From the NCBI RefSeq assembly GCF_009914755.1, contig NC_060938.1: a stretch of DNA of 64,000 nt; one strand, written 5' to 3'. Below the pieces are notes generated by a model that was not told the origin of the DNA, searched no databases, and saw only the letters and a list, made by a program, of their open reading frames with translations. Origin of the DNA: the human T2T-CHM13v2.0 reference genome, Homo sapiens. Shown here piece after piece: positions 49,983 to 64,000 of the stretch. Made by a program: the position numbers and the translations under genes. Positions within the stretch are counted from its first letter, which is position 1. Each line of letters starts with the position of its first letter.

Positions 49983-50279
49983 GACTGGGAGCAGTAGCTT
50001 ATGCCTGTAATCCCAGCACTTTGGGAGGCTGAGGCGGGTGGATCACCTGAGGTCAGGAGTTCGAGACCAGCCTGCTCAACGTGGTGAAACCCCATCTCCA
50101 CTAAAAATACAAAAATTAACCAGGTGTGGTGTTGCACACATGTAGTCCCAGCAACTTGGGAGGCAAGAGAATTGCTTGAACCTGGGAGACAGCAAGCCAA
50201 CATCGTGCCACTGCACTCAGGCCTGGGTGACAGAGCAAGACTTGGTCTCAAAAAATAAATAAATAAATAAATAAATAAA
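49983..50279 (+). mobile_element. AluS with internal deletions, (taaa)n tail
   Basis: Near-TSD taaatttca(t/c)agct. Confidence 0.9.
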
Positions 50280-50408
50280 TTTCACAGCTGTACATTGCTT
50301 CCTAGACCTGGAACAAATTAATATTCTAGAATCAAATAGATATCATAAAACATTCCTATAGGAAGCCTCAAGTCCCTAGGAACTCAAGTTATCAGCTAAA
50401 GGGCACTA

Positions 50409-50915
<507 letters not shown>

Positions 50916-51019
50916 CAATAGCAACATTGCTAGTTACTGTTGTTACCACGATTATTGACAATGTGTCAATTGCTTTTAGACACTTAGCCTCTAGGTAGGA
51001 CATGGCACACAGTAGGATC

Positions 51020-51134
51020 TCAGAGAAACAAGATACAAAGAGACAAACATACCAAGACACACATAGAAAGACATGAGACAGAGAGAGAAAGACAAATACA
51101 GCAAGAGAGAGAGACTGAAGAGTCAGACACACAA

Positions 51135-51184
<50 letters not shown>

Positions 51185-51351
51185 AGAGACACAGAGAGAG
51201 GAAAGAGGAAGAGGGAAGAGACAGAAACAGACTAACAGACATATTAGTCAACCCACCAACCAATTTTTTGCTCTCTCTAAATATTTCACTACTATGGTTT
51301 CAAATATGTTTCCTTGCATGTTTCTCATGAATCAATGCGAATGATGAACAA
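51020..51351. repeat. Right arm of the old inverted duplication, containing a (CA)n tract
   Basis: acagactaacagacata...atgtttccttgcatgtttctcatgaatcaatgcgaatgatgaacaa mirrors 49625-49754. Confidence 0.85.
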
Positions 51352-52559
51352 GGAGGTCACGTTCTCCATTCCACCTCCAGGCTTCCCATGCTACAGAGAG
51401 GAGCTTACAAATGGGGAAGAGGGTGGCCTCATCCGACACAATATCACAGAAGCAGTGAATGGCCAGCTAAGGAGAGAGGTGTCCCAGGGGCAGGCTATGC
51501 TGGCACTCTCTGGACAACAGGGCAATGCTGGGTTTTGTCAAGTCCAGAATCTGCAGACCTCATTTGCAGAGGCCTCCTTAATTTAACGAGAAGGAAACCC
51601 TTTTTTATCCCTGGGAGAGCCACTAACCAACACCACAGCAGCTTACCTCCACAAACACATAGAGCAAGCTTTCATACCCACATCAAAGGGAAAAACAACT
51701 CTGTCTTGCAAAAAAGACATTTAATCCAGCCAAGGGAATTCCTGGATCCTCTCTGTGTTGGCCTTTGGTACAGTATTTTCTGTTGTTGCAGCTGTAAATT
51801 GTGAAATTTCTAACACCTGTCATCAACATACTTTGATAAAATCAGGTGAGTATGGATGAGGCCACACTTAGAACAAGCAGGTCTTTCGGGAGCAGGGATT
51901 GAGCAAATCATTGTGGAGAAGATATTTTTCTTTCATATGATGCCAGAGAAAGACTGAATCACAGGGAAAGAGTTGAGGAGCACCAGAGTTCTAATACTCA
52001 AACTTAACCATCCCAACCCCAGCTAACTGCATTTCTTAGACTGTATGGGGAAAAAAGGAGATGTTACCAACAGGTTGTTGAACTGATTTCAACTCCATGA
52101 GTGTGATCTCTCTTCCCTCCTGTCAGCAGGCTGGGACAGCACCCTTCTTCTTCCCTGAGGACAGATCCTGTGCCACTTCATTCCCTCACAGCCACCTTCT
52201 TGCTTCCTCCTCCTGCTTCCCCAATGCTGAGGCCAGCTAATCTGAGCCTTAAGATATTGCTACCACCATTGTTACTAAGCTCTTCTGAGCCCTCTTCTGT
52301 AGAGCTTAGAAGTTACAGAAGCTGGAACTCTTGCAGAAGTTACAGAAAGCTGGAAACTCTCCTCTGCCCTCCAAATTAAAATCACTTAACCTTGTCCGCA
52401 AAGGACAGCTGTCTAAACCTGCAAGTTGAGCTGGAATAGGAATCCTAAACTACTGTGGACCCCGACAACATCAGTCATTAATGAGGACATCTTGTTCTTC
52501 ACATCTTTGAATTTCATTTCGGAACCATTCCTCAAAAGTAAGAGGTTTCTAAGGAATGA

Positions 52560-52892
<333 letters not shown>

Positions 52893-53091
52893 TTACAGAT
52901 CCCCAGCAGATGAAGTCACTGAAGCCAACAAACAGATCATTTACTTTTATTTCTAAAGAAGTTCAGCTAATCATGGACATGGATGGTGGTGATAGTTGTG
53001 CAACAATGTGATACACTTAATGGCACTGAACTGTGTACTTTAAAATGGTAAGTTTCATGTTATGTAATTTTACCACAATTTTTTTAAATTA

Positions 53092-53410
<319 letters not shown>

Positions 53411-53596
53411 GAATAAATTGAATGCAACATTTTTTAAAAGTACAGCTAAGTCCCAGGTAGCTTAATGATTGCTGATTTATTACTATTAAATTATTTTTAA
53501 AGGGAATCTTAGTAGTATAGAAAGGATACCAGCTTCAAGAATCTGTGAAAATCAAAAGCAGAAAGATACATGTCTTTAGGTCAAAAATGCCATTAT

Positions 53597-53880
53597 GGGG
53601 CAGGTGTGGTGGCTCATGCCTGAAAGCCCAGCACTTTGGGAGGCCAAGGCAGGAAGATCACTTTAGCCCAAGAGTTCAAGACCAACCTAGGCAACACAGT
53701 GAGTCCTTGTCTCTACTAAAAATGAAAAAAAAATTAGCCTGGTATGATGACAAGTGAGTGAGGAGGCTGAGGCAGAAGGATGGCTTAAGCCCAGGAGGTC
53801 AAGGCTGCAGTAAGCCATGATCATGTCACTGAACTCTAGCCTGGGTGACAGAGTGAGACCCTATCTCCAAAAAAAAAAAA
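53597..53880 (+). mobile_element. AluJ (diverged)
   Basis: Dimer with A-tail. Confidence 0.9.
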
Positions 53881-54759
53881 GTCTTTAAATTAAAAAGAAG
53901 TGCACTCTTTCTGGCATATGAGTACTGTCCCATGAGTAAGATTTCCTAAAGAATGTCACTAAGCTTTTCTTTCAGAAACCGGTTCTTCCACAACGGCAGC
54001 TAGAACATTCAGATCAGAGGAGTGGCTTATAAGGGTTTCCAGCTTTTTCTTTAACAATAATACGTTGAACAGTTTGTTCTCATGATACCTCTCAGAAATG
54101 TCAAGAGACATAGTACTCCATTAACATAAGTGGAAAATGTTATTTGATTTTGCAGATGGTGAAATTAAGGCATGAAAAACCTAAATGACTGAGCTGAGAT
54201 CATTCCATGAGAAGAGAAGTTCAGATTTTATATCCAGAGGCCACACTTTCCTACCTTCTGGATCAAGATCATTTAAGAAACAAAGGTCACTCACTGTGAA
54301 TCAATTAACTCCAATGAACATCCACCCACACAAGCACCTACTCTCTTGAATCATGCCTACTGACTCACAATCCCCCAGGAGAGTCCAATACAGGAAGCCC
54401 CAAACTGGGGGAAATCCCTGCATGCAGCTTCCCTTTAGGGAAAGGGAAAAGGTGCAATTAATTGTTAATACCGTCAGCTTCACAGACAAGGAGTAGTGAG
54501 GGAACTGTAGAAGGTCTTCCAGGATAAGGTAGAAGGAGAGCTCAGCATAGCTCAGGTTCTAACTCACCATGGATGTCAGGCTCAAGAGACAAGGCACATC
54601 AGTCAAGAATGATCATGGAGACAGAAAACCCAATGATAAGCCTAAGTAAAAAAACAGATTATGACCATCTCTTGACCAACTATCTGTAGGAAGAGCTATT
54701 CTAGCCTGCTGCAAGGCCAAGCTGGACCAAAAACAAAAGAGAAAGCAATGAAATCTATC

Positions 54760-57325
54760 AGGAATGAATCTCACAGTTCCCTACCACCCTACCTACAAAC
54801 GCATCTGCACCTGCCCTGAATTTCATATCCTCCCCGCCAGCCCCCACACCCCTCAGAAGAAGAAATAAACCAACCATCCTCTTCCCAACAAAGGTCATCC
54901 TTCTTGTGTTCTGGCTCCTACTCTGGCCCCCTCCTCAAGGTATCTATCACCTCTCCCATTTCCTTCACTTCTCCCTTTCTATTGCCACCATTCCTTTAGC
55001 ACGGTGGTTCTTAGTATTTGTGGATCACAGATCTCTTTGAGAAGCAGGTAAATTTACATGCTATTTCCAAAGGCTTGAGAGATTCCCAGAGCCCTGGAGC
55101 CCAGGTGAAGAATCCCAGCTTTAGCAAAAGTCTCTTCCACCTTAAACCTTAGCTGCTAGTGGACATCTCTCTTTCCTTTCAAAGCAAGCTTCTAGGACAC
55201 AGATCTTTGTGCCCCTTTCTTCTCACTCTCTCCTGAATCCCCTGCCCTCACTCCACTAAAAGCAATCCTGCTAAAGTTACCATTGACAGTCCAAATGCCA
55301 AACCCAAGGAGTATTTTTCCCCTCTCATTTGACCTCCTGCTGTATATCACAGCAACCCATCCCATATCCTGAAACTCTTTTCCTCAGTGTCTTGACATCA
55401 CTGTGATAAATCCCTCTTAGAGCCTGGCCAACAATGTCTTCTTTTCTAGGAAATGCCCTTAACACCCAGTTTGGCCCCCAACCACCCTGTTTTTGTACTT
55501 GCAGCCCTCCCGCTTCCTGCCAGGGCTGACCACCCAGGGCTGGGCCTCACCAAGCAAGACCAACCAGTGACTTCCCAAGTATTTTGGAATAGAGAAGAAA
55601 AATGAAGTTATTGCATTTCCCAAAATGTTCTAGCCACAAATTCCAGTTACATGCCTATATCTGCATATCTGACTACTCCCGTATCTGTGTAAGACTCTCC
55701 TTTCTTTCCTTCAGTCGGTTTGCACTGGCTTCTGTTATTTGCCACCAATGAGTCCTGACTGATATAGACATTCCCTTGCTCCCAATTCACCTTTTCTCTC
55801 TCTGGCTGCTGCTTCTCAGTCTTCTCAGTAGGCAACTCCTCTCTGTCTGCCCCTTAAACACTGGTTTATCTATCAGAATTGTAGGGGATAATGGTTAGGC
55901 AGACAGAAAATTACTCATGTCAGTGAACCAGATTGACTGAAGCCTTTGGATTTAACTGAACCAGGCCAGGCCTCACTCAGAACAACCTATTTGCTATACA
56001 GGTTTCCATGGGAACATAAAACCAAGAAAAAACAATCTGAATAAATAGCTCCAAAGTTGGCTTTCATTAAGCCATACTTTAAAGATGAAATACTCAGAAC
56101 ATGTATCATTTTTTACAAAAGACCAGGACCACCAAAAAAAAAAAATATATATATATATACTCATATATGTCTGATTTGTAAGATCCAATAATCTGGACAA
56201 TTTCTGATATGATAGTCAAAAGTCTCACTATAAAAGGGATGGGCTCCTAACATTAGATTCTCTTTGATGTGACACAGTGGGAGGTACAAACATCACTTAC
56301 TGGTAAACTACTGAAAATAGCAGGTTTAAATCTAACTATGATCCAGGGTATAGGCTGTCGTGTGGGACAACTGATCTGGACTCTCAAAGTTCAGGTCATG
56401 GAGAACCAAGGAAGGTTGGGGGACTTCCTAGACTGAGACCACAGAGGGATCCTTCCTCTTCCCAACCCCTGCCACAAAAATCCTATTCCTCTGTCTTCTC
56501 TATCTTGAGAAATGTCAAGCTGACCAAGCCAGAAATGTCTCTCTTTCTTGCTCCGTAAGTAATCAATCACCAAATCCTATGTATCTTATAAACTTTTCTT
56601 CTCTATCTCTACCCCACTGCCCTGTTCTTGTCTTCATTGTCTCTCTTAAACTAAATATTAAACAAGCATCCTCCCACTGGTCTTTCTTGCCTCCAGTCTT
56701 GCTGCCCTCCAATCTATCTTCCACCCTTCTTTCTCTACAGAGGATGTTTCCAACACAAAAGTCTGATCACATCACTACCCTGCTCAGAATCTTTCAGTGG
56801 CTTCCTAGTGTCTTGAAGATAAAACCTAACAAACTCCTTTTCCATGGTAGGCAAGGCCTTCTGTGATCTTCATCCCTGCATTCCTTCCTAGTCTCAGTCT
56901 CCTTCTGCACCCATTCACAGCCAGTTCTCCAGACATACTCGATTGCTGTGGTGACTCTGAGTACGTGCTGTCCTCCAGAGCCACTGGGCCTGCACACATG
57001 CCATTCTCTGAGCTACATACTATCCCCTCCACCTCTGTAACAACCCCTCCCCACACACTCCTCCTAGAGAAGATATGTCTGTTGGAAAGCTTTGTCTGCA
57101 TTGCCCAGATCTACTAAGAAGCTCCATTTCTCCGATTTTCTCATTGGTCCAGATATATAACCTCATGAAAGCAATTTATTTCTTTGTATTAAATTATTTG
57201 TTTATGCAACTGCCTTCCCTGCTGACTATAAGATTCTTAATGACATGGACCTTGTTTTTAATTTGGCTTTTTTTAAGTGCCTAGTCCATTCTGAGTTTAT
57301 AGTAGGCACTCAACAATTGCTTATT
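54760..57325 (+). mobile_element. Fragmented L2 with an embedded MLT1-like LTR
   Basis: gctaaagttaccattgac...tctgatcacatcactaccctgctcagaatctttcagtggcttcc...tagtaggcactcaacaattg; MaLR-type end ttctgttatttgccaccaatgagtcctgactgatata near 55730-55765. Confidence 0.7.
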
Positions 57326-57909
57326 TTAAAATTGACAGTCATCCCAGTGAAATTGTTTATTTCTTTGTTTTTAAGGACTTTAATTTCCAAATTATAAAGA
57401 GCTATGACCAGCTAAAAATAGGAACAAGAAAAGAGACTGGGAATGTGAGCGACTGCAGGAAATGAATTATTTGAAAGTCAAGCCTTTGGCCTTTTCCTTC
57501 TCAACTATGAGATAAACCCCAGCCTTCAAAGAATGTTGGGTAAAGTGGGGATGGGTGGGTTAGGGGGTTGAAATGCAAAGGAGGAAACAAGCTCATTTTG
57601 GATATCAAATTAATTGTATTGGACTAAGGAAAATTTACCCACACCCCTATGTTCTAACTCTATGATTTTAAAAATACAATATTCTATGCACACAGGAGGT
57701 GGTAACCAAGGGGAAAAGGAGGAGACTGGTGCCTTCTCAATCTCTGACAAACAATCCAAAGATTGCAGAGATCCAAACAAAAGGATCTCTACATGAAGCA
57801 CTATTGATACCAAAGAATCTGGCCTCGAGGAGGGATTCTCCACATTTTGCATACCACCAATCACTCTCAAAAAGCCGAGGTCCCATCCACTGCATAGCAA
57901 AAGCCCATT

Positions 57910-58250
<341 letters not shown>

Positions 58251-59749
58251 TAATTATGTTTATGATACAGAGTAAGCTTCAAGAACAGAACAACAACACG
58301 GCAGTGGGATTGTTGGAGCGAATTCCATTATGACTTCTTGCTAGCTGTATGAGAACACTGTGGCCAGAGCTCAGGAGGCCTCCAGGGAATACCTTGCTCT
58401 GGGAAACACAGGCTTTGATTCAGGCGGCATTGAGAAATCCTTTGAGGGAGACCTTCCATCTGCTGATGAGAAGAATGCTTCCCTCTCATTCTTGGCACCC
58501 TCACTTGGCTGGCAAGGTCAGGTGTGTTTTTCCAGTGACTAGCTCACAGCAGGGATAGAGGAGAGAAGCCCTTGGGGGCTGAGAGACAAAGGGAACCAGA
58601 CTGCCCAGCGTCTGGTCAAGGTTTCCAAGGTCTTTTTCAAGGTTTCGTTTCCCAGCACTCTGTCTTCAGTTTACCAAGAAAAAGTTCGTAAAAAGAACCT
58701 CTTTAGTGGCCTTTGAAGAAGGATAGAGAGAGGGAGGCAGAGTCCAAGGGCCCTGTGAGCAGAGTGGGAAGGACATGGAGAACAAAGAGGCTCACATGAT
58801 GGGGTAACTAGGGATTGAAGATATCAATCACCTTTGAGAAATAAAGTAGAAAAAGAGAGAGAGGGGAGGAAACACACAAATACCAGAATGGACTAGTGTA
58901 TACCAGCTATTCAGCTAAAAAATGAAGAAAGAAAATGGACAGCCAGAGACAGCCTTTGAGAAGTTTGTTGAAAAACTATTTTAGATGAACTACCATAAAA
59001 GTACTGTTAACAAGTAGGAGAATTTTAAGGGGAACATTAGAAATTCAGCCTCCTGCATTCGTTTGTAAGGGACAAGGAACTAGTCACGCAGTGGAGATGA
59101 GAGATAAGCCAGGAATGAAATGAAAACTTTGAAAGTTCCATGCATAGGGATAGCAGGATAATGATTTAAAGCATGAAGGCAGTAATTTAGGTCTAAAATG
59201 TCACCACCATTAATTGTAAGTTTTATTGTAGTCTGTTAGGGAAGAGTTCTCTGGGGATTATGAATAACTGCTTCTTGAAATGGAAACTGCAAAAACAATT
59301 GACATTTCTACAATCCTTAAGGAATAGAACTTTGAGAAAAATGACTTCTCAGGTGGCTATCTGAACATCAGTGTCTGAATAACTAACATTCATCCTTGCT
59401 TTATGTCACCCTCATTAATCAGTTCATATTAAAGATAACGCCATACATGTAATTATAGGCATAGCATTACGTTAAGCATTTAAGACTATCATATTGCACC
59501 ATATCTTGGCCGTGGTGATGTATGGCCCCATTTTGAGAACACGTGTCAATTTTCCATAGATTTTCATCTGTATTCATGACTCAAGGGCCTTTAGCAAATT
59601 AATAATCAAAAGAATTTACAGTAGGCTGCTTTGTAAGTCCACACTTCATTACTTAGCATACTTCTCACTTGTTTTAGCTCTTAAAAACTTGTTCAGCTTC
59701 CTAAAAATATGCTTAACCTATTTTCCAATTGCCCTTGTTCCCGTGCTAG

Positions 59750-59915
59750 ATGTTTGTTTGTTTGTCTGTCTGTCTGTCTGTCTTTAGAGATTTGGTAAGG
59801 GGGCGGGGGTCTCTCTATGTTACCCATGCTGGACTTGAACTCCTGGACTCAAAGAATTCTCCTGCCTCAGCCTCCCAAGTAGGTGGGACTACAGGTGAAC
59901 ACCACTATGCCTGGC
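59750..59915 (-). mobile_element. Alu monomer (FRAM/FAM-like)
   Basis: gtctctctatgttacccatgctggacttgaactcctgg...atgcctggc. Confidence 0.8.
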
Positions 59916-60471
59916 TTGTTAGATTTTTAAAATCTAAGCACATGTGGTTTCATTTATTTTATTTTATTTTATTATGATTTTTTTGAACTTGTATTTTAGG
60001 TTCAGGGATACATGTGCAGGTTTGTTATATAGGTCAACTGCATGTCACCAGGGTTTGGTGTACAGATAATTTCGTCACCCAGGTAATAAGCATAGTCGCT
60101 GATAGGTATTTTGTCTAGTCCTCTCCCGACTTCTACCCTCCACCCTCAAGTCAGCTGCAGTGTCTGTTGTTCCCCTCCTAGTGTCTATGCATTTTTCTTG
60201 TTATAAGCTCCCACTTATAAGTGAGAATATGTGGTGTTTGGTTTTCTGTTCCTGTGTTAGGTTGCCTAGGATAATGGCCTACAGCTCCACCCATGTTGCT
60301 GCAAAGGACATGATCTCATCCTTTTTTATGGCTGCATAGTATTCCATGGCGTATATGCACCACATTTTCTTTATCCAGCCTACAGTTGATGGGAATTTAG
60401 GTTGATTCCATGTCTTTGCTATTGTGAATAGTGCCATAATGAACATATGTGTGCATGTGTCTTTATGGTAG

Positions 60472-60841
<370 letters not shown>

Positions 60842-61137
60842 TTGTTTTGTTTTTTTGGGACAGAGTCTCACTCTGTCACCCAGGCTGGAGAGCAGTGGCG
60901 TACTCTCGGCTCACTGGGACCTCCACTTCCTAGGTTCAAGCAATTCTCATGCCTCAGCCTCCCAAGTAGCTGGGATTACAGGCATGTGCCACCACACCCA
61001 CCTAAGTTTTTTGTATTTTTAGTAGAGGTTTGCCCATGTTGGCCAGGCTGGTCTTGAACTCCTGACCTCAAGTGATCCACCCAGCTTAGCCTTGCAAAGT
61101 CCTGGGATCACAGGCCTGAGCTACTGCACCTAGACTG
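60842..61137 (-). mobile_element. AluS
   Basis: Tandem with the preceding Alu. Confidence 0.9.
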
Positions 61138-61940
61138 GGTAAGGCTGTTTTAAGTTCTTTGAGGAATTGCCAAACTGCTTTCCACATTGGCTGAACTAAT
61201 TTACACTCTCACCAGCAGTGTATAAGCATTCCCTTTTCTTCACAACCTCACCAGCATCTGTTACTTTTTGACTTTTTAGCAATAGCCAGCTGACTGGTGT
61301 GAAATGGTCTCTTACCATGATTTTGATTTGCATTTCTCTAATGATTAGGTTAAACATTTTTTCATATGCTTGTTGGCTGCATGTATGCCTTCTTTTTAAA
61401 AGGGTCTGTTCACGTCCTTTGCCCACTTTTTAATGGGATTGTTATTTGCTTATAAATTTAAGTTCTTTTAGATTCTAGATAGTCGACCTTTGTGGGATGC
61501 ATAGTTTGCAAATATTTTCTCCCATTCCGTAGGTTGTCTGTTGACTTGATTGATAGTTTCTTTTGCTGTAAGCATATGTTATTTTAAAATTACATCACAT
61601 CTGTACACTGAGTCATCTAAACAATGAAGGAAATGAAATGATCAATATACTAAAAAGTAATGCTGGATTAAACTAAGTTCAAGGTCTTGCAATAAAATTT
61701 AGCTTATCCCACTTATTCTACATTTTTAACTACAACGAAACTCATCTTTTAAAAAAACTCATCTTTATAAAATTTTCAAGTGCTTAACAGAGGCTTTTAT
61801 TCACTATTCCTTACAACAACCTTATGGAAAAAAGTCAGCATGCTCCTAATGATGTAACCAGAGAAACAAACAGAGAAGGCAAGATCATTGTCCAGACTTC
61901 CCAAACAAATAGGAAAATGGGGATTAAAACTGTCTGTCTA

Positions 61941-62222
61941 GGCCAGACCTGGTGGCTCATACCTGTAATCCCAGCATTCTGGGAGCCTGGGGTGGGTAGA
62001 TCACTTGAGGCCAGGAGTTCAAGACCAGCCTGGGCATCATGGCGAAACCCTGTCTCTACAAAAAATACAAAAATTAGCAGGTATGGTGGCATGCACCTGT
62101 AATCCCAGCTACTCAGGAGGCTGAGGCAGGAGAATTGCTTGAACCTGGGAGGCAGAGATTACGGTGAGCTGAGATCACACCATGGCACTCCAGCCTGGGA
62201 CTCTGTCTCAAAACAAGAAAAA
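61941..62222 (+). mobile_element. Alu (J/S)
   Basis: Dimer, near-TSD aaaact(g/c)tctgt. Confidence 0.92.
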
Positions 62223-62739
62223 ACTCTCTGTTTACATATTTATGGTCCATTTTCTCCAGCATATGTTTTTGTGAAGATGCTGTTATCAGGTCCCTGGCCT
62301 CCCCTGGGCTGCTCACATCAATCACTAACCCAGCATTACATCAATAAACTCCTGCTGCTCCCACCCTCAGCCTAGATTGCTTGTGGGGGAAGTGGCATTG
62401 TCAGAAATCAGCATTTGATATGGCTCTGGAAGATAGCTGCCCGTCTCTTCAAAGGACACCCCTCTTCGGGAACCCCTAAAATAAATTTCCTTTACCTCTT
62501 AAGTCAGACAAGCCCAAATATCCTCTTCTAATTTGGTGAAAATCTATCCAGCTGTTTTCATTTGATGTAACAGAGAACAAGCAGAAACTTTGTTTTATCC
62601 AAATGGATAATAGTGTCCTGGATTCTGGGACAAACTCTGTGAGAATCAATAATACATGACCCAATACAGTAAAAGTTGCTTCTGTATGTGGTGCTATTTG
62701 GAGAGCTAGATTATTATTTCTCCACTGATGACCTGTAGA

Positions 62740-62885
62740 ACAAGGTGTTTGTTAAAATGCAGATCCCTAGGTCCCAACCCAGACCTACTGAATCAGACTT
62801 AAAAGTAGAGATGCATTCAAACCAGTGCCACAACCAACACCACTGTGATTCTTATGCAACCTGAAGAAATCTCCAGGCTAGACCG
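62740..62885. mobile_element. MER5A-like MITE fragment
   Basis: gttaaaatgcagatccctaggtcccaacccagacctactgaatcagac. Confidence 0.7.
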
Positions 62886-63724
62886 GGACTTCTCAAACTA
62901 GATTGCATGCTTCTTGAGAGCATAAATCAGTTCCTAGTTATCCTCACAGGCCCCAATACCCAGCTGAGGTGCTTCATAAGTGTTCACTGATTGAATGCAT
63001 ATTCATTGGTTGTTTATTGTGTATGCATTATAAGTGTCCACAGTCTTTCATGTTAGAATTAGTTCATGTGTAATTAATTTCTTAGGAAGCAGTGTAAACA
63101 CCTGTTATAAAGTGTAAACACGTATAAACTCTTTAAACTGATTTTTAGTTTTGTCCTATTCCCACTGCATGGAGGCAGAATTAAATAAACCAGAAGCATG
63201 ACTACTCCCTGCACAACTCACTGTGTGCACCTGCTCCATCCCAGCCCTAGGCTCACAGATCCTCCAGGCTCTCAGATAATAAAAGCCCTTCGGTCAGTTT
63301 TAGACAAAAATTCTAGTATGGTCAAATAGCCAACCTCCAAACTCTTGATCCAATTAAAGCTTCTCTATTCCCCCAGGAGGGACCTACCAGCTGGGAAACC
63401 TGCTGTTTGGATGGGGGTTGTAGGGGGCATAGTCAATGCTTTCTATGCCTCTTCCCCATGCCCCGTGCTGCCCCTGGCTCCTCCCCAGGCTGAGGGTGTG
63501 GTAGGAGGGGGAAAAGGCAGCGACATGGAGCTATGTCCTGGTGGGACTATCATTTCAGAGTAGCCTTCAGTGCAGCAGATACACAATTACTGGCTCTTCC
63601 TCCTCCCAGGGGACCCTACTTTCCTGCCGTAGTTGCTAGTATAGGCAGGACCTCCTCCAGCTGGCCACCAGTGCCTTCCTTTCTGTTCTAGTTTCCTATT
63701 GTCTGGTTCAAGCAACTATTTTAA

Positions 63725-63929
<205 letters not shown>

Positions 63930-63941
63930 TAAAGATAACCT

Positions 63942-64000
63942 GACTGTGCTGGGCACAGTGGCTCACGCCTGTAATCCCAGCACTTTGGGAGGCCAAGGTG
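63942..64000 (+). mobile_element. Alu 5' end; runs off the window
   Basis: gctgggcacagtggctcacgcctgtaatcccagcactttgggaggccaagg. Confidence 0.9.

Noticed and set aside
52308-52360. Tandem duplication of agaagttacagaa(a)gctggaa(a)ctct
   Set aside because: Ordinary two-copy slippage duplication
58345-58516. Possible exon (ttcttgctag ... AAG/gtcagg) open in two frames
   Set aside because: Short pyrimidine tract, weak donor, no recognisable protein and no partner exons; needs RNA-seq

Overview
Human genomic DNA (a human-specific AluYb8-type element with its diagnostic 7-nt duplication sits at 18363-18688), intergenic or intronic. I recognise no protein-coding exon or RNA gene; the ORF track is almost all Alu/LTR/low-complexity noise. 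The window holds about 45 Alu copies or fragments, old L1/L2/MIR/hAT relics and a dense ERV1 LTR cluster at 11-37 kb. That cluster includes nested LTRs with intact TSDs and a two-LTR MER57-type provirus (minus strand, ~23180-33921, Leu-type PBS). The most unusual structure lies inside that provirus: a processed-mRNA 3'UTR remnant with AATAAA and A-tail (29660-30236) whose 5' part is also present as an inverted copy (27518-27780). The two arms flank ~1.85 kb of near-pure AT DNA with 33-bp and 30-bp minisatellites, so this is a PATRR-like palindrome and a possible LTR-driven hairpin/antisense RNA source; an assembly artefact must be excluded. Other non-TE structure: an old inverted duplication (49625-51351), two old direct duplications, two ~65-70-nt hairpins, a micro-inversion through the MER41 tandem GAS region and an overlapping CTCF/YY1 motif. 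Subfamily names come from recalled consensus sequences, not from a RepeatMasker run.
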